From positions 5,326-69,325 of the forward strand of contig CAVUYQ010000034.1 of NCBI GenBank assembly GCA_963745765.1: 64,000 nucleotides of DNA, in the 5' to 3' direction. The notes under the pieces are model-generated. The model searched no databases, was not told the DNA's origin, and saw only the letters and a program-made list of their open reading frames with translations. How positions within the stretch are numbered: the stretch's first letter is position 1; the number at the start of each line of letters is the position of its first letter. Shown here piece by piece: positions 31,153-41,149 of the stretch. Origin of the DNA: an uncultured delta proteobacterium (GTDB taxonomy: Bacteria > Desulfobacterota > Desulfobulbia > Desulfobulbales > Desulfocapsaceae). A program made the translations under genes and the position numbers.

Positions 31153-32280
31153 ATGGAACGTGATTATTACGAAATACTTGGCATCAGTCAGAAAAGCGAT
31201 GCGGGTGAGATAAAAAAAGCCTATCGAAAACTGGCCATGAAGTATCATCCGGATCGAAATCCGGGTGATCTGGTGGCAGAAAATTCCTTCAAAGAGTGCA
31301 CGGAGGCCTACGAGGTACTCAGTGATGATCAGAAAAGGCAAATATACGATACCTATGGTCATGAGGGTCTGAAAAATAGCGGTTATCGCGGACCTGGCAA
31401 TTTTGAAGACGTTTTTTCAAGTTTCGGGGATATCTTCAGTGATCTGTTCGGTTTTGGTTCAGGCAGGGGGCAGGCACGAAGAGACGGTCCGACAGCCGGT
31501 AACGATTTACGCTATGATCTGCGGATTTCCTTCATGGAAGCGGTTCATGGAACAAACAGGGAAGTCGAAATAACCAAGCGTGATACCTGCTGGACCTGTG
31601 AAGGAACAGGGTGCAGACCGGGCTATCAGAGACAGACTTGTTCTTCCTGTAACGGTCGCGGTCAGGTAATACGCTCACAGGGATTTTTCCAGGTCAGTTC
31701 CACCTGTCCTCAGTGTCATGGTGAGGGATCGATTATCACCCATCCCTGCGATGAATGTTCAGGCGTCGGTCTGGTAAACAAGGAGAAAAAGGTATCAATC
31801 AAAATCCCTGCAGGTGTCGACAGCGGGGCACGGATGCGATTGCGGGCGGAAGGCGAGGGTGGACGCAAGGGTGGCCCTCCGGGTGATCTTTATGTTATTA
31901 TCGACGTTGAGCCGCATGATTTCTTCAAACGTGAAGGAGACGATATCTACTGCAGGTTTCCCGTGTCCATGGTTGATGCGGCTCTTGGGATAAAAACTGA
32001 AATCATCACCATTTATGGAACGAAGAAACTGGTGATACCGGAGGGAAGTCAGTCCGGAGAAGTGTTCACCCTGAGAGACAAGGGCGTAAAGCATTTACGC
32101 GGACATGGCAGTGGTAATATGTACGTTGAATTGCAGGTGCAGACACCGACGAATCTCTGTGAAGAACAGAAAAAAATACTCAGGGAATTTGATGAACTGT
32201 GCGAAAAGCACGGGCAGAAAAAAGACAATGAAGGCTTTTTCTCCAAACTTGTTAATGAAGTGATGGGTAAGACTCACTAG
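31153..32280 (+). CDS. dnaJ: molecular chaperone DnaJ
   Basis: J domain DYYEILGI...YHPDRNPGD. G/F region. Four CxxCxGxG zinc-finger repeats. Confidence 0.93.
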   Translation: MERDYYEILGISQKSDAGEIKKAYRKLAMKYHPDRNPGDLVAENSFKECTEAYEVLSDDQKRQIYDTYGHEGLKNSGYRGPGNFEDVFSSFGDIFSDLFGFGSGRGQARRDGPTAGNDLRYDLRISFMEAVHGTNREVEITKRDTCWTCEGTGCRPGYQRQTCSSCNGRGQVIRSQGFFQVSSTCPQCHGEGSIITHPCDECSGVGLVNKEKKVSIKIPAGVDSGARMRLRAEGEGGRKGGPPGDLYVIIDVEPHDFFKREGDDIYCRFPVSMVDAALGIKTEIITIYGTKKLVIPEGSQSGEVFTLRDKGVKHLRGHGSGNMYVELQVQTPTNLCEEQKKILREFDELCEKHGQKKDNEGFFSKLVNEVMGKTH

Positions 32281-32322
32281 GAGCGTGTCGGAGAAAGCCC
32301 TTTTTCCTCAGACACGCTCCTA
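32278..32322. mobile_element. MITE family 1, miniature 45-bp copy C (acts as the dnaJ terminator hairpin)
   Basis: The first 29 nt are identical to copy A. It folds as a 12-bp perfect stem TAGGAGCGTGTC / GACACGCTCCTA followed by GCCGGTTTTTTGG. TA-flanked. Its TAG is the dnaJ stop codon. Confidence 0.75.
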
Positions 32323-32341
32323 GCCGGTTTTTTGGATTTTT

Positions 32342-32839
32342 ATGACAACAGGCAACAACAACTCCCTGAGCCACTTTGATGGTGACGGGAATGCGGTGAT
32401 GGTAGACGTCAGTTCCAAGTCTGAGACCATGCGTATTGCCCATGCTGCGGGATTGATTTCAATGAGCAGGCAGGCCTTTGACCTGGTGAAGAGCGGCACG
32501 ATGGCAAAAGGTGATGTGTTGGGGGTCGCCCGCATTGCCGGCATTATGGCCGCCAAAAAAGTTGATAGCCTGATTCCGCTTACACACCCTTTGATGATAA
32601 GTAAGGTTGCGATGGATTTCAACTTCCTTGATGACGCAGCGTCCATCGAAATCACCGCCGAGGTCTGCGTTCAGGGAAAGACTGGTGTCGAAATGGAAGC
32701 TCTGACTGCCGTTTCCGTTGCAGCACTTACTATTTACGATATGTGCAAGGCGGTTGATAAGAAGATGGTGATCAGTAATATTCGATTGATGAAGAAATCT
32801 GGCGGCAAGAGTGGTAATTTTGATAGAACGGATTTATAG
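32342..32839 (+). CDS. moaC: cyclic pyranopterin monophosphate synthase MoaC
   Basis: [16 protein letters not shown]...[18 protein letters not shown]...IPLTHPL. Confidence 0.92.
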   Translation: MTTGNNNSLSHFDGDGNAVMVDVSSKSETMRIAHAAGLISMSRQAFDLVKSGTMAKGDVLGVARIAGIMAAKKVDSLIPLTHPLMISKVAMDFNFLDDAASIEITAEVCVQGKTGVEMEALTAVSVAALTIYDMCKAVDKKMVISNIRLMKKSGGKSGNFDRTDL

Positions 32840-32886
32840 GAAGGCAGCCGTATTTCGTCTGGTTTAATGAGAAGGAGAATGAGCGG

Positions 32887-33249
32887 ATGAAAAAGGATTT
32901 ACTCGAAAAATTCAGAATACAGCTACTGGGTAAGCGTGATGAAATACTCAGTGAGGCTGACAAGACCCTGGCAGACATGACCGATCAGAACAATAATGTT
33001 CCTGATCCGAATGACCGGGCCACAATAGAGTCTGATCGCAGTTTTGAGTTGCGGATCAGGGATCGGGAACGCAGACTGCTTTCCAAAATTGACGAAGCCA
33101 TCGATCGTATTGATGAAGGTGGTTATGGTATCTGCGAAGAGTGTGGATGTGATATCAATTTAAAGCGACTTGAGGCTCGACCGGTTACCACGCTTTGCAT
33201 TGATTGCAAAACACTTCAGGAGCAGAAGGAAAAATCACAAGGCCAATAA
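32887..33249 (+). CDS. DksA/TraR-family C4 zinc-finger protein
   Basis: C-terminal CEECGCDINLKRLEARPVTTLCIDC with a preceding coiled-coil region. Confidence 0.85.
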   Translation: MKKDLLEKFRIQLLGKRDEILSEADKTLADMTDQNNNVPDPNDRATIESDRSFELRIRDRERRLLSKIDEAIDRIDEGGYGICEECGCDINLKRLEARPVTTLCIDCKTLQEQKEKSQGQ

Positions 33250-33255
33250 ATCTTC

Positions 33256-34260
33256 ATGCCGGAATTACGGAAAGATCCTGTTCTCGGACGATGGATTATT
33301 ATCGCCAAGGAGCGCCGAAAAAGACCGACAGATTTCGTCATCGAAAAACCGAAGGTGCTCGGTGGTTTTTGTCCGCTCTGTCCGGAAAATGAAAATTTCA
33401 CCCCGCCTGAAGTGTTAGCTTACCGGCGTAATTTGCCATCGACCACTAATGGATCTGATTGGCAGGTGCGGGTAGTACCGAACAAGTACCCCGCTCTTAT
33501 CATTGAAGGAGAACTCGGCAAAGAAGCTGAAGGGCTTTATGACAAGATGAATGGTATCGGGGCACACGAGGTTATTATCGAGAGTCCCGGGCACAATGAT
33601 ATTTTCTGGAATCTTTCTGTTGGGCATATCGCTCTGGTTTTCAGGACCTTCAGAGACAGGATGAAGGATCTTGAGCAGGATCATCGGTTCCACTATGTAA
33701 TGGTCTTCAAAAATCTTGGTAAGGCGGCCGGCGCCTCGCTTGAACATTCACACTCACAACTTATTGCCCTGCCGGTATTGCCGCGCATGATCGTCTCGGA
33801 GCTTGAAGGGGCAAAATCATATTTCCAATATAAAGATCGCTGTCTCTTCTGTGATATTATACGACAGGAAATCCAGCAGAGCGTCAGGGTGGTCTGCCAG
33901 AATGAATTTTTCATAACCATTTCTCCCTTTGCGCCCCGCACGCCCTTTGAAATGTGGGTGCTTCCGAAGCAGCATTCGTCCGACTATTGTGCCCAGGATT
34001 ATGAGCGGCTCTCAGGTCTGGCAGATATCATGTCTGAGAGCCTGCGCCGTCTTGATACTTGCATACCAAATGTGCCTTATAATTTTGTTCTGCATACGCA
34101 GCCACTGCGTTCGGGTAATCTTGAACATTTCCACTGGCATTTTGAAATTGTGCCGACCCTGACGTCTATTGCCGGTTTTGAATGGGGCTCCGGTTTTTAT
34201 ATAAACCCGATGCCGCCTGAAGAGGCAGCCCTGTATTTACGTGAATCTCTGGATGCCTGA
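33256..34260 (+). CDS. GalT-family HIT-superfamily nucleotidyltransferase (galactose-1-phosphate uridylyltransferase / ADP-glucose phosphorylase-like)
   Basis: MPELRKDPVLGRWIIIA, zinc site CPLCPENE, active-site HSHSQLIAL. Confidence 0.85.
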   Translation: MPELRKDPVLGRWIIIAKERRKRPTDFVIEKPKVLGGFCPLCPENENFTPPEVLAYRRNLPSTTNGSDWQVRVVPNKYPALIIEGELGKEAEGLYDKMNGIGAHEVIIESPGHNDIFWNLSVGHIALVFRTFRDRMKDLEQDHRFHYVMVFKNLGKAAGASLEHSHSQLIALPVLPRMIVSELEGAKSYFQYKDRCLFCDIIRQEIQQSVRVVCQNEFFITISPFAPRTPFEMWVLPKQHSSDYCAQDYERLSGLADIMSESLRRLDTCIPNVPYNFVLHTQPLRSGNLEHFHWHFEIVPTLTSIAGFEWGSGFYINPMPPEEAALYLRESLDA

Positions 34261-34271
34261 AGGAGGTTATA

Positions 34272-34622
34272 GTGAAAAAGATACTGCTTGTAGACGATGA
34301 TGAGTCAATACAACTTCTCTACCGCGAAGAGTTGCAGGAGGACGGGTATGATGTCGTATCTGCAACGAACGGAGACGAGGCGCTTGCTCATTTTAAACGT
34401 CAGAAACCGGATCTTGTTATTCTCGATATTCAGATGCCCGGTCTCAATGGTATTGAGGTACTGCGGCAGATGAAAAGCATTGATGCAGAAATCCCCGTTA
34501 TTCTGAGCAGCGCTTACAATGAGTATAAACAGGACCTTGGAACCTGGGCCTCCGAAGAATATGTCGTGAAATCGGCAGACAATAGAGATCTAAAAGCTGC
34601 CATCCGTAAACTGATCGGCTGA
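34272..34622 (+). CDS. stand-alone response regulator receiver (CheY-like)
   Basis: KKILLVDDDESIQ...DLVILDIQMPGLNG...VVKS. 116 aa, GTG start. Confidence 0.88.
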   Translation: MKKILLVDDDESIQLLYREELQEDGYDVVSATNGDEALAHFKRQKPDLVILDIQMPGLNGIEVLRQMKSIDAEIPVILSSAYNEYKQDLGTWASEEYVVKSADNRDLKAAIRKLIG

Positions 34623-34687
34623 CGATGCAACGCATCCGGCGAGATCCTGTGTTGACACGGCAGCTTTGTTACTTTGATTCCGATACA

Positions 34688-35443
34688 ATGAAAGATATTC
34701 AAAATCAGTCGGATCACCGGAAAATAGACATCAAGAAGGTCGGCGTTAAAACTATTACCTACCCGGTAACGGTTCTCGACAAGGCGCAGAGTTCTCAGAA
34801 AACAATCGCAACTATAAATATGTATGTCAATCTGCCCCACCATTTCAAGGGCACGCATATGAGTCGTTTTATCGAGATATTAAATCGTTTTCACGGCAAG
34901 ATTGATATTATGAATTTTAGAGCAATTCTCGAAGAAATGAAAACAAGACTCGATGCGGAAGCCGCCCACCTGGAGATGGCCTTTCCCTTTTTTCTGCAGC
35001 GTTCTGATGAAACGATGGTGTTAAGAGTAAGTAAATATGAATGTGCTATGCATTGTTTTCTTGAACAGGAAGATGATCTCCGACTCGATATTGTTGTGCC
35101 CATTGCTCATCCATTCAAATGCAACGGGGTGGAAATACCCGGAGCTGCCGTCGGCCTATGGGGAAAAGTGCTGGTCAGCGTCAGGTTTTTAAGGTTTATG
35201 TGGCTTGAAGATTTGATTGACATCGTTGAGTCAACGATCAGACGTGAAGGTACCCCGGACGGAGACAGGTTATTTAATGAAAAACCTGTTGAGTCCCTTC
35301 TGGGAAAAATTGAAGCGCGGTTTAAAGAACTCTCTGAACTTAAATGGTATTCGATTACGGTGGAAAATATCTCCCAGGGCTACTCACTTTTTGCGACCAC
35401 CAGCAGTTCAACCATGCTTTCTCTGCCCCCCCATTACTGTTAA
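34688..35443 (+). CDS. FolE2/MptA-family (GTP cyclohydrolase IB-like) protein with degenerate active-site motifs
   Basis: The N-terminal half is typical (IDIKKVGVKTITYPVTV...NLPHHFKGTHMSRFIEIL...FPFF). The positions I recall as CPCS / GAHNQRS / ESIHNHSA read HPFKCN / AAVGLWG / ISQGYSLFA. Confidence 0.65.
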   Translation: MKDIQNQSDHRKIDIKKVGVKTITYPVTVLDKAQSSQKTIATINMYVNLPHHFKGTHMSRFIEILNRFHGKIDIMNFRAILEEMKTRLDAEAAHLEMAFPFFLQRSDETMVLRVSKYECAMHCFLEQEDDLRLDIVVPIAHPFKCNGVEIPGAAVGLWGKVLVSVRFLRFMWLEDLIDIVESTIRREGTPDGDRLFNEKPVESLLGKIEARFKELSELKWYSITVENISQGYSLFATTSSSTMLSLPPHYC

Positions 35444-35465
35444 TACTTCAGACATTAAGGAACGC

Positions 35466-37544
35466 ATGAACGATTTATTATTTGAGATAGGCACCGAAGA
35501 ATTGCCGGCGGGATTTCAGGTACCCGCAGCAGATCAACTGGAATCATTGTTTACCGGTAAAGCGGCAAAACTCAACCTTACATTTTCCACCATAAAGACA
35601 TTCTCTACACCCCGACGAATTGCCTTGATCGTAAAAGATTTGAACGATACCCAGAAGGACAGCACGGAGATTCTTCTTGGTCCTTCCAGGAAGGCGGCCT
35701 TTGATGAGGCAGGAAAACCGACCAGGGCAGCTGAAGGTTTTGCCGGATCGAAAGGTGTTCGTGTTGAAGATCTGGAAATGGTTCAGACACCAAAAGGGGA
35801 GTATCTTCAGCTTGTCCGCCATATCAAGGGAGAGAACACCCGGACGGTATTGCCTGCTATCCTGCAGGAAATCATACTCGAGCTTTCTTTCCCGAAATCA
35901 ATGAAATGGGGGACAAACAGCAATACCTTTGCCCGGCCAATCCAGTGGATTGTAGCTCTCTACGGCACGAATACCATTATCTTTGAGCACGAGGGTATCA
36001 TTTCCGGTTGCGGCACCAGGGGGCATCGTTTCATGGCACCGGAGTTGATCGATATGCAAGAAGCTGCAAGCTATGAGGAGCGACTTGAATCGGCATATGT
36101 GATTGCAGATAGAGAGAAACGGAGAGAGCGGGTCCTGTTTGAAATCAGAGAGGCTGTCAGGAAGAGTGATTTTGCTGCTTCAGCTGAGGTCTCGGTTGAT
36201 GAGGAGTTGCTGAACACCGTTACCAATCTGGTTGAATTTCCTTTTGGTGTCTGTGGCTGTTTTGATGAAAAATTTTTGCAGGTTCCCAGCCAGGTGTTGA
36301 TAACATCAATGCGCGAGCACCAGAAATATTTTCCGGTTGTTGATCAAAATAATGAGCTTCTGCCGGGATTCGTCGCCGTCAACAACACAAGGGTGAAGCA
36401 ACCGAAGCTCACAAGGCAGGGGCATGAACGAGTTTTACGGGCAAGGCTGGAAGATGCTTTCTTTTTCTATGAATCAGACAAAAAGCATACGCTTGAGAGT
36501 CGGGTTGAAATGCTCTCGGGTATTATCTTTCAGGCCGAACTCGGATCGATGCAGGAAAAAACTGAACGAATTGTTAAACTTGCCCGTATCATTGCCGAGA
36601 CCGTAGGAGATGCGGTGGTGGAAGATGCCTGTCGCGCGGCGCATCTCTGTAAGGCTGATCTCATCACTAATATGGTTGGTGAGTTTCCTTCTCTGCAAGG
36701 TGTGATGGGCGGAGCCTATGCGATTCATGATGGGGAGAAAAACGAAGTCGCACGCGGCATCAAAGAGCATTATATGCCGGTTCGTTCCGATGCAGCGCTT
36801 CCGGAAACCGGAATTGGCGCCATTATCGGGCTTGCTGATCGAATTGATACGATAGCAGGCTGTTTCGGGATCAAGAAGGTTCCCACCGGAACAGCGGATC
36901 CTTATGGCCTGAGGAGGCTCTCTCTTGCCGTCCTGCACCTTATCGAAGATCGAGGCTATGTGCTTTCCTTGCCGGAAATTTTTAACAAGGCGCTGGCACT
37001 TTATGGAAACAAGGTAGATGGCGGCAGCAGGACTGTTGCGGAGATAATGGAATTTATAAAAAGACGGTTTGTCAACGATTGTATGAGCAGGATGATGGAC
37101 AGCCAGGCAGTTGAGGCTGTCACCTCAATTTCGTTCACACAGGTAATAGACAGTCTTGAACGTATTGACGCCCTGTCCATGATGAGGAAGGAAGAGTCTT
37201 TTGATGTCCTGGCCGGCTCGTTCAAACGGATTCGCAACATCGTCAAGGATAACCGGGAATGTATAGTAGATACAAGCCTGTTTACAGACGGTGCTGAACG
37301 TGAGCTTTTCGCGGTGTACGAGCAACTCCTGCACGGTGGGAAAAAGCAGCTGGAAACCAGAAATTACCAGGATTTTCTCAACAGCATGCTTCTCCTGAAA
37401 GAGCCGGTCGATCATTTCTTTGATGAAGTTATGGTTATGGCCGAAGATCAGAGACTCAGGACAAACAGGCTCAATCTGCTGACGGCAGTCGGTGCGCTGA
37501 TACTGGAAGTGGGTGATATCTCAAAGATGCATCTTGGCAGTTGA
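35466..37544 (+). CDS. glyS: glycine--tRNA ligase beta subunit
   Basis: MNDLLFEIGTEELPAG...TPRRIAL...; 692 aa from the ATG at 35466. The ORF track extends spuriously upstream to 35217. Confidence 0.93.
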   Translation: MNDLLFEIGTEELPAGFQVPAADQLESLFTGKAAKLNLTFSTIKTFSTPRRIALIVKDLNDTQKDSTEILLGPSRKAAFDEAGKPTRAAEGFAGSKGVRVEDLEMVQTPKGEYLQLVRHIKGENTRTVLPAILQEIILELSFPKSMKWGTNSNTFARPIQWIVALYGTNTIIFEHEGIISGCGTRGHRFMAPELIDMQEAASYEERLESAYVIADREKRRERVLFEIREAVRKSDFAASAEVSVDEELLNTVTNLVEFPFGVCGCFDEKFLQVPSQVLITSMREHQKYFPVVDQNNELLPGFVAVNNTRVKQPKLTRQGHERVLRARLEDAFFFYESDKKHTLESRVEMLSGIIFQAELGSMQEKTERIVKLARIIAETVGDAVVEDACRAAHLCKADLITNMVGEFPSLQGVMGGAYAIHDGEKNEVARGIKEHYMPVRSDAALPETGIGAIIGLADRIDTIAGCFGIKKVPTGTADPYGLRRLSLAVLHLIEDRGYVLSLPEIFNKALALYGNKVDGGSRTVAEIMEFIKRRFVNDCMSRMMDSQAVEAVTSISFTQVIDSLERIDALSMMRKEESFDVLAGSFKRIRNIVKDNRECIVDTSLFTDGAERELFAVYEQLLHGGKKQLETRNYQDFLNSMLLLKEPVDHFFDEVMVMAEDQRLRTNRLNLLTAVGALILEVGDISKMHLGS

Positions 37545-37588
37545 AGCAGGATGCTGCCGTGATGCGGTAGAAAAGCAATTGACTCCAT

Positions 37589-37622
37589 AAAAAAGGCCGC
37601 TCGAAAGAGCGGCCTTTTTTGT
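37589..37622. terminator. bidirectional rho-independent terminator between convergent glyS and the cytochrome c3 gene
   Basis: A6, GGCCGCTC, GAAA, GAGCGGCC, T6 (stem 37595..37602 / 37607..37614). Confidence 0.85.
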
Positions 37623-37640
37623 AACTATCCGATGGGTTGT

Positions 37641-38060
37641 TTATTTCTTCGGATGGCAGGGCATGCAGCCTTTGAATTTTGCAGCCAGTTCAGGATTTTC
37701 TTCAGCTGCTTTTTTGTGGCATTCCTTGCATCTCAGGTGTGCTACGTCCTTGAAAGACGAAAGCTTTTTTTCCATGCCGGAACCCTTGAAGTGGCAGGCC
37801 TCGCATTTCTCGATTTTCATGCCTTCCGTATAGGCGACCTGTTTGCCGTCCTTGGCGCCATGATGACAGTCACCGCATTTGGCGAACTCCTGATGCTTCT
37901 GGTGGGGGAATACGGCTGGTTTCGGCGTTTTTGCCGCGTCCTTCTCGGCCAGCAGCGTCATCTCGGCGGGGCCATTGTCTGCCATGCTGATGCCGGCGGC
38001 TGCGCAGAAAAAGGTAACGGCAAAGATACAGATCAACAATGTTCTCATCATGATATCCAC
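37641..38060 (-). CDS. periplasmic tetraheme cytochrome c3 (class III)
   Basis: Signal peptide plus four CxxCH motifs (CGDCH, CEACH, CKECH, CMPCH) in 139 aa. Confidence 0.9.
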   Translation of the reverse strand: MDIMMRTLLICIFAVTFFCAAAGISMADNGPAEMTLLAEKDAAKTPKPAVFPHQKHQEFAKCGDCHHGAKDGKQVAYTEGMKIEKCEACHFKGSGMEKKLSSFKDVAHLRCKECHKKAAEENPELAAKFKGCMPCHPKK

Positions 38061-38207
38061 TCCCTGTTTAAATTAATTTAACTTGATACAGCTATAAAGA
38101 TGAACAGCAATTCATTTCTACAAGTTATACCGAGTTCAAAAGAGTCTGTCAAGATACCATAATCCGAAAAATGTCTTATTAAATCAACTGTATTTCCAGT
38201 TTAAAAA

Positions 38208-39053
38208 TCAATTTGAACCGTAGCTGTGCAGTCCGGAAAGCAGAAAGTTTACACCGTAGTAGGTAAAGATGACTGCGATAAATCCGACCAGGGACAACCA
38301 GGCAATGGTCTTGCCGCTAATGCCGCGGCTATAACGGGCATGCAGGGTAATGGCGTAGGCGAACCAGGTGATCAGAGACCAGGTTTCTTTGGGATCCCAG
38401 CTCCAGTAGGTACCCCAGGCAGAATTGGCCCATATTGCCCCGGTGATGATGCCTCCGCTGAGCCATATAAAGCCGAATATCATACTCTTGTGGATCATAT
38501 CATCAAGAACACGGAGCGACGGGAGCATTTCTTTGGAAGATTTATCCCGGTTGGTTTCTGAAAAAGAACTCTTGATCAGGTACATGACGCCAAGGGCTGC
38601 TGCTATGGCAAATGCTGAATAGCCGACAAAACAGGTAATCACGTGGGCAAGCAGCCAGTTCGACTGAAGGGCAGGAATGAGCGGATTGATGCCCCGGTCG
38701 AGTGGGGCAAAAGAGGCGTATGACATTGCCAGAAAGGCAATCGGAACGGCAAATGCCCCTATGGTTCTGGTTTTGAATTTCCATTCAATGCCTAGATAGA
38801 GAACAATGATCATCCAGGCGAAAAAAACAACGGATTCATACATGTTGGTAAATGGCGCGTGACCAAACCCAATCCGGTAGGACTCTATCCATCTCAACGC
38901 CAGACCTGCGGTTTGGATCAGCAGTGCGACAACGGTAAATCCGGTGGCCACGGCGCCGAGTTTGTTATTTCGGAAAACCAGTACGCCGATATAGAGGAAT
39001 GAGGCGAAAAGATAGGTGAAAGTTGTAATGCCAAGAAGCTGAGAACTATCCAT
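38208..39053 (-). CDS. ccsA: System II cytochrome c biogenesis protein CcsA (ResC)
   Basis: WWD motif region WGTYWSWDPKETWSLITW. Polytopic membrane protein. Confidence 0.92.
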   Translation of the reverse strand: MDSSQLLGITTFTYLFASFLYIGVLVFRNNKLGAVATGFTVVALLIQTAGLALRWIESYRIGFGHAPFTNMYESVVFFAWMIIVLYLGIEWKFKTRTIGAFAVPIAFLAMSYASFAPLDRGINPLIPALQSNWLLAHVITCFVGYSAFAIAAALGVMYLIKSSFSETNRDKSSKEMLPSLRVLDDMIHKSMIFGFIWLSGGIITGAIWANSAWGTYWSWDPKETWSLITWFAYAITLHARYSRGISGKTIAWLSLVGFIAVIFTYYGVNFLLSGLHSYGSN

Positions 39054-39150
39054 GCTGAAGCTCCGTATCCGTAATTGTTATGGGTACCTGATATTTCTAT
39101 TCTGCTCGATATCGTACTATTTTAAGATGCAAGCGGTTAGGAAACGGTGA

Positions 39151-40467
39151 TCAGTCTCTGCAGAGCATCTCTTTGAGTTCGGAAAACTGACGTTCAAATC
39201 CAGGTCTGTTCTTGTTTGCCGAACCGGCGAAGAGAACCTGCGAACCATTATTCGTTGGGCTGATAAGCAGCCATAACCTCCTGTGCGACATGAAAAAGGC
39301 GACACAGAGACCGAACAGCATGAGACCGCAGCCGATATATACCCACCAGACTCCGGGGTCATGGGCGACCTGCAGACCGGTTGCATACATCTGCTTGACA
39401 GATACCAGATATTCACCGCGTTCTGTCTTTATCGGCAGCTGTTCCCCGCCGTTAATCCAATCAAGCGTCGGAGACGCACTGCCGTCGCTGAACCATAGTT
39501 TTGCACTGACCATGGATTGCCCGATTGCCTTGGCATTGATGATGCCGAATTTGAGTCCCTCATCCTTCCAGATTTCCTGTTTTTGAAAAGGAACCACAAA
39601 GTCTTGCTGCTTCCCTGAAGCAGTGACTTTAACCGTAATGACAAAATCCTGGTAGGCTTCATAACTTGACTGGTAAAATGTTATGCCATGATAGGTGAGG
39701 GGATCATTAACTTCGATTTTCCTGGTTAGGATATCCTTGCCATTTTCGATGATAGTCAGACTTGAAGTGTATTCCTTGGGCATTCCGTTTGGGTAGAACT
39801 CAATGACAAAACTATTGCAGCGCACGCTGAAGCCCAGTTCTTTAGCCTCTCCGCTGCCATAAAGAATAATTCGATTTCTCTCCATTGTTTCGGGAATGAG
39901 AACACTTCCCTTGAACCCGGCCAGCGAGCCGATTATCGCGCCAAGAAAGATAACCAGAATAGAGGTGTGAACGATGTATACGCCGATTCTCGTCCAGTTT
40001 CCTTTCTGGCTGAAGAGAAGCAAGGCATCAGCATGGGATCGGCTGGATAGTTTCCAGCCCTTTTTGACAAGCTTTTCTTCAAGCATGATAACCAAATCAG
40101 CGGTAGATTCGCTCTTCTGCCAGGAATGGCTGTTTGCCATTTTGGCAAGCCTGTCTTCGGAATAGGCAAGGCCGTCTGCCCTGATTTGTTTCCATACCGC
40201 GGGAAAACGATCGATACTGCAGATAACAAGGTTAAACGCCAGCAAAAACAGCAGAGCAAGGAACCACCATGAACGGTACATGTCAGGTATATCGAGAACA
40301 GAAAAAAATTGCGCCATTCCAGGGCCAAAGTTCTGAACATAAAAATCACTGGCCTCATTTTGGGGGATAATAGTTCCGATAATTGATGTTATGGCGATCA
40401 GGCTGAGCATGAATAGTGCGAGCCTGACTGATGCGAAAAATTGCCAGATGGAATTATTGTTTTGCAT
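39151..40467 (-). CDS. ccsB: System II cytochrome c biogenesis protein CcsB (ResB)
   Basis: N-terminus IWQFFASVRLALFMLSLIAITSIIGTIIPQ, large periplasmic domain, C-terminal TM. 438 aa. Confidence 0.9.
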   Translation of the reverse strand: MQNNNSIWQFFASVRLALFMLSLIAITSIIGTIIPQNEASDFYVQNFGPGMAQFFSVLDIPDMYRSWWFLALLFLLAFNLVICSIDRFPAVWKQIRADGLAYSEDRLAKMANSHSWQKSESTADLVIMLEEKLVKKGWKLSSRSHADALLLFSQKGNWTRIGVYIVHTSILVIFLGAIIGSLAGFKGSVLIPETMERNRIILYGSGEAKELGFSVRCNSFVIEFYPNGMPKEYTSSLTIIENGKDILTRKIEVNDPLTYHGITFYQSSYEAYQDFVITVKVTASGKQQDFVVPFQKQEIWKDEGLKFGIINAKAIGQSMVSAKLWFSDGSASPTLDWINGGEQLPIKTERGEYLVSVKQMYATGLQVAHDPGVWWVYIGCGLMLFGLCVAFFMSHRRLWLLISPTNNGSQVLFAGSANKNRPGFERQFSELKEMLCRD

Positions 40468-41149
40468 TGATTCGATATTTTGTTAGTAATGATTATCAGA
40501 AAATAGCTTGGCTATTTGCTAACATAAGATGGATAAGTGTGCAAGAGAAAACGAATAGCTCGATGCACTTGCGAAAACCTCTGAGAACTGGTTACACAAC
40601 CGACTGGATCGGAATTCCTTAGATTGATTGTCTCTTTCAATGTGAATAACGCGACGAATGCCTGCCCTTTTCAGCTGTAATTATTATCAGGTTCAGCTGG
40701 GTATCGTGAAACAACGATCTTTAATGTATGATGGATTATGTCAGGATAACAAATGTGTAGGAATTTATAGAAAAAATCACAAAGCAGTAAAATTGATTGG
40801 AGAGACTGGTCGGTATCATCTGAAGTCCGGGAAGACGGCCGTTTTTTTGCAGTAAAGGCATCCTGTGGACACAGGGTGCTGATCGGTTGAATAGCAACTG
40901 AAGGGCTCCCTGCATAATTGTCCTGTTGACTCGTGGAATATCCCGGTTTGCTGGCAGGTTGAAAAAAACTGACCGCCGGCCGGAGATTTCTTTTGCGGGT
41001 GAGCACAATAAATTTCTTGAAAATGATTACGAAAAAGAGTAATCATATCGATTCGGCTCTTATTTAGCATAGACACGTTGATTTAAATAGTTACCATCAG
41101 CTTGTGTTCATTTGTAGGCGCATGGTAGAACGATATCAGGAGATTTGAA

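Noticed and set aside
35217-35465. The 775-aa version of the glyS ORF starting at 35217.
   Set aside because: The first 83 codons overlap the FolE2-like gene in another frame and have no GlyS similarity. The conserved N-terminus MNDLLFEIGTEELPAG starts at 35466.
40800-40860. The GAAGTCCGGGAAGACGGCC motif resembles the RNase P (GGAAAGUCCGGGC) or SRP RNA (GUCCGGAAGGAAGCAGCC) cores.
   Set aside because: The flanking sequence lacks the other conserved helices and motifs of either RNA, so only a short chance similarity remains.
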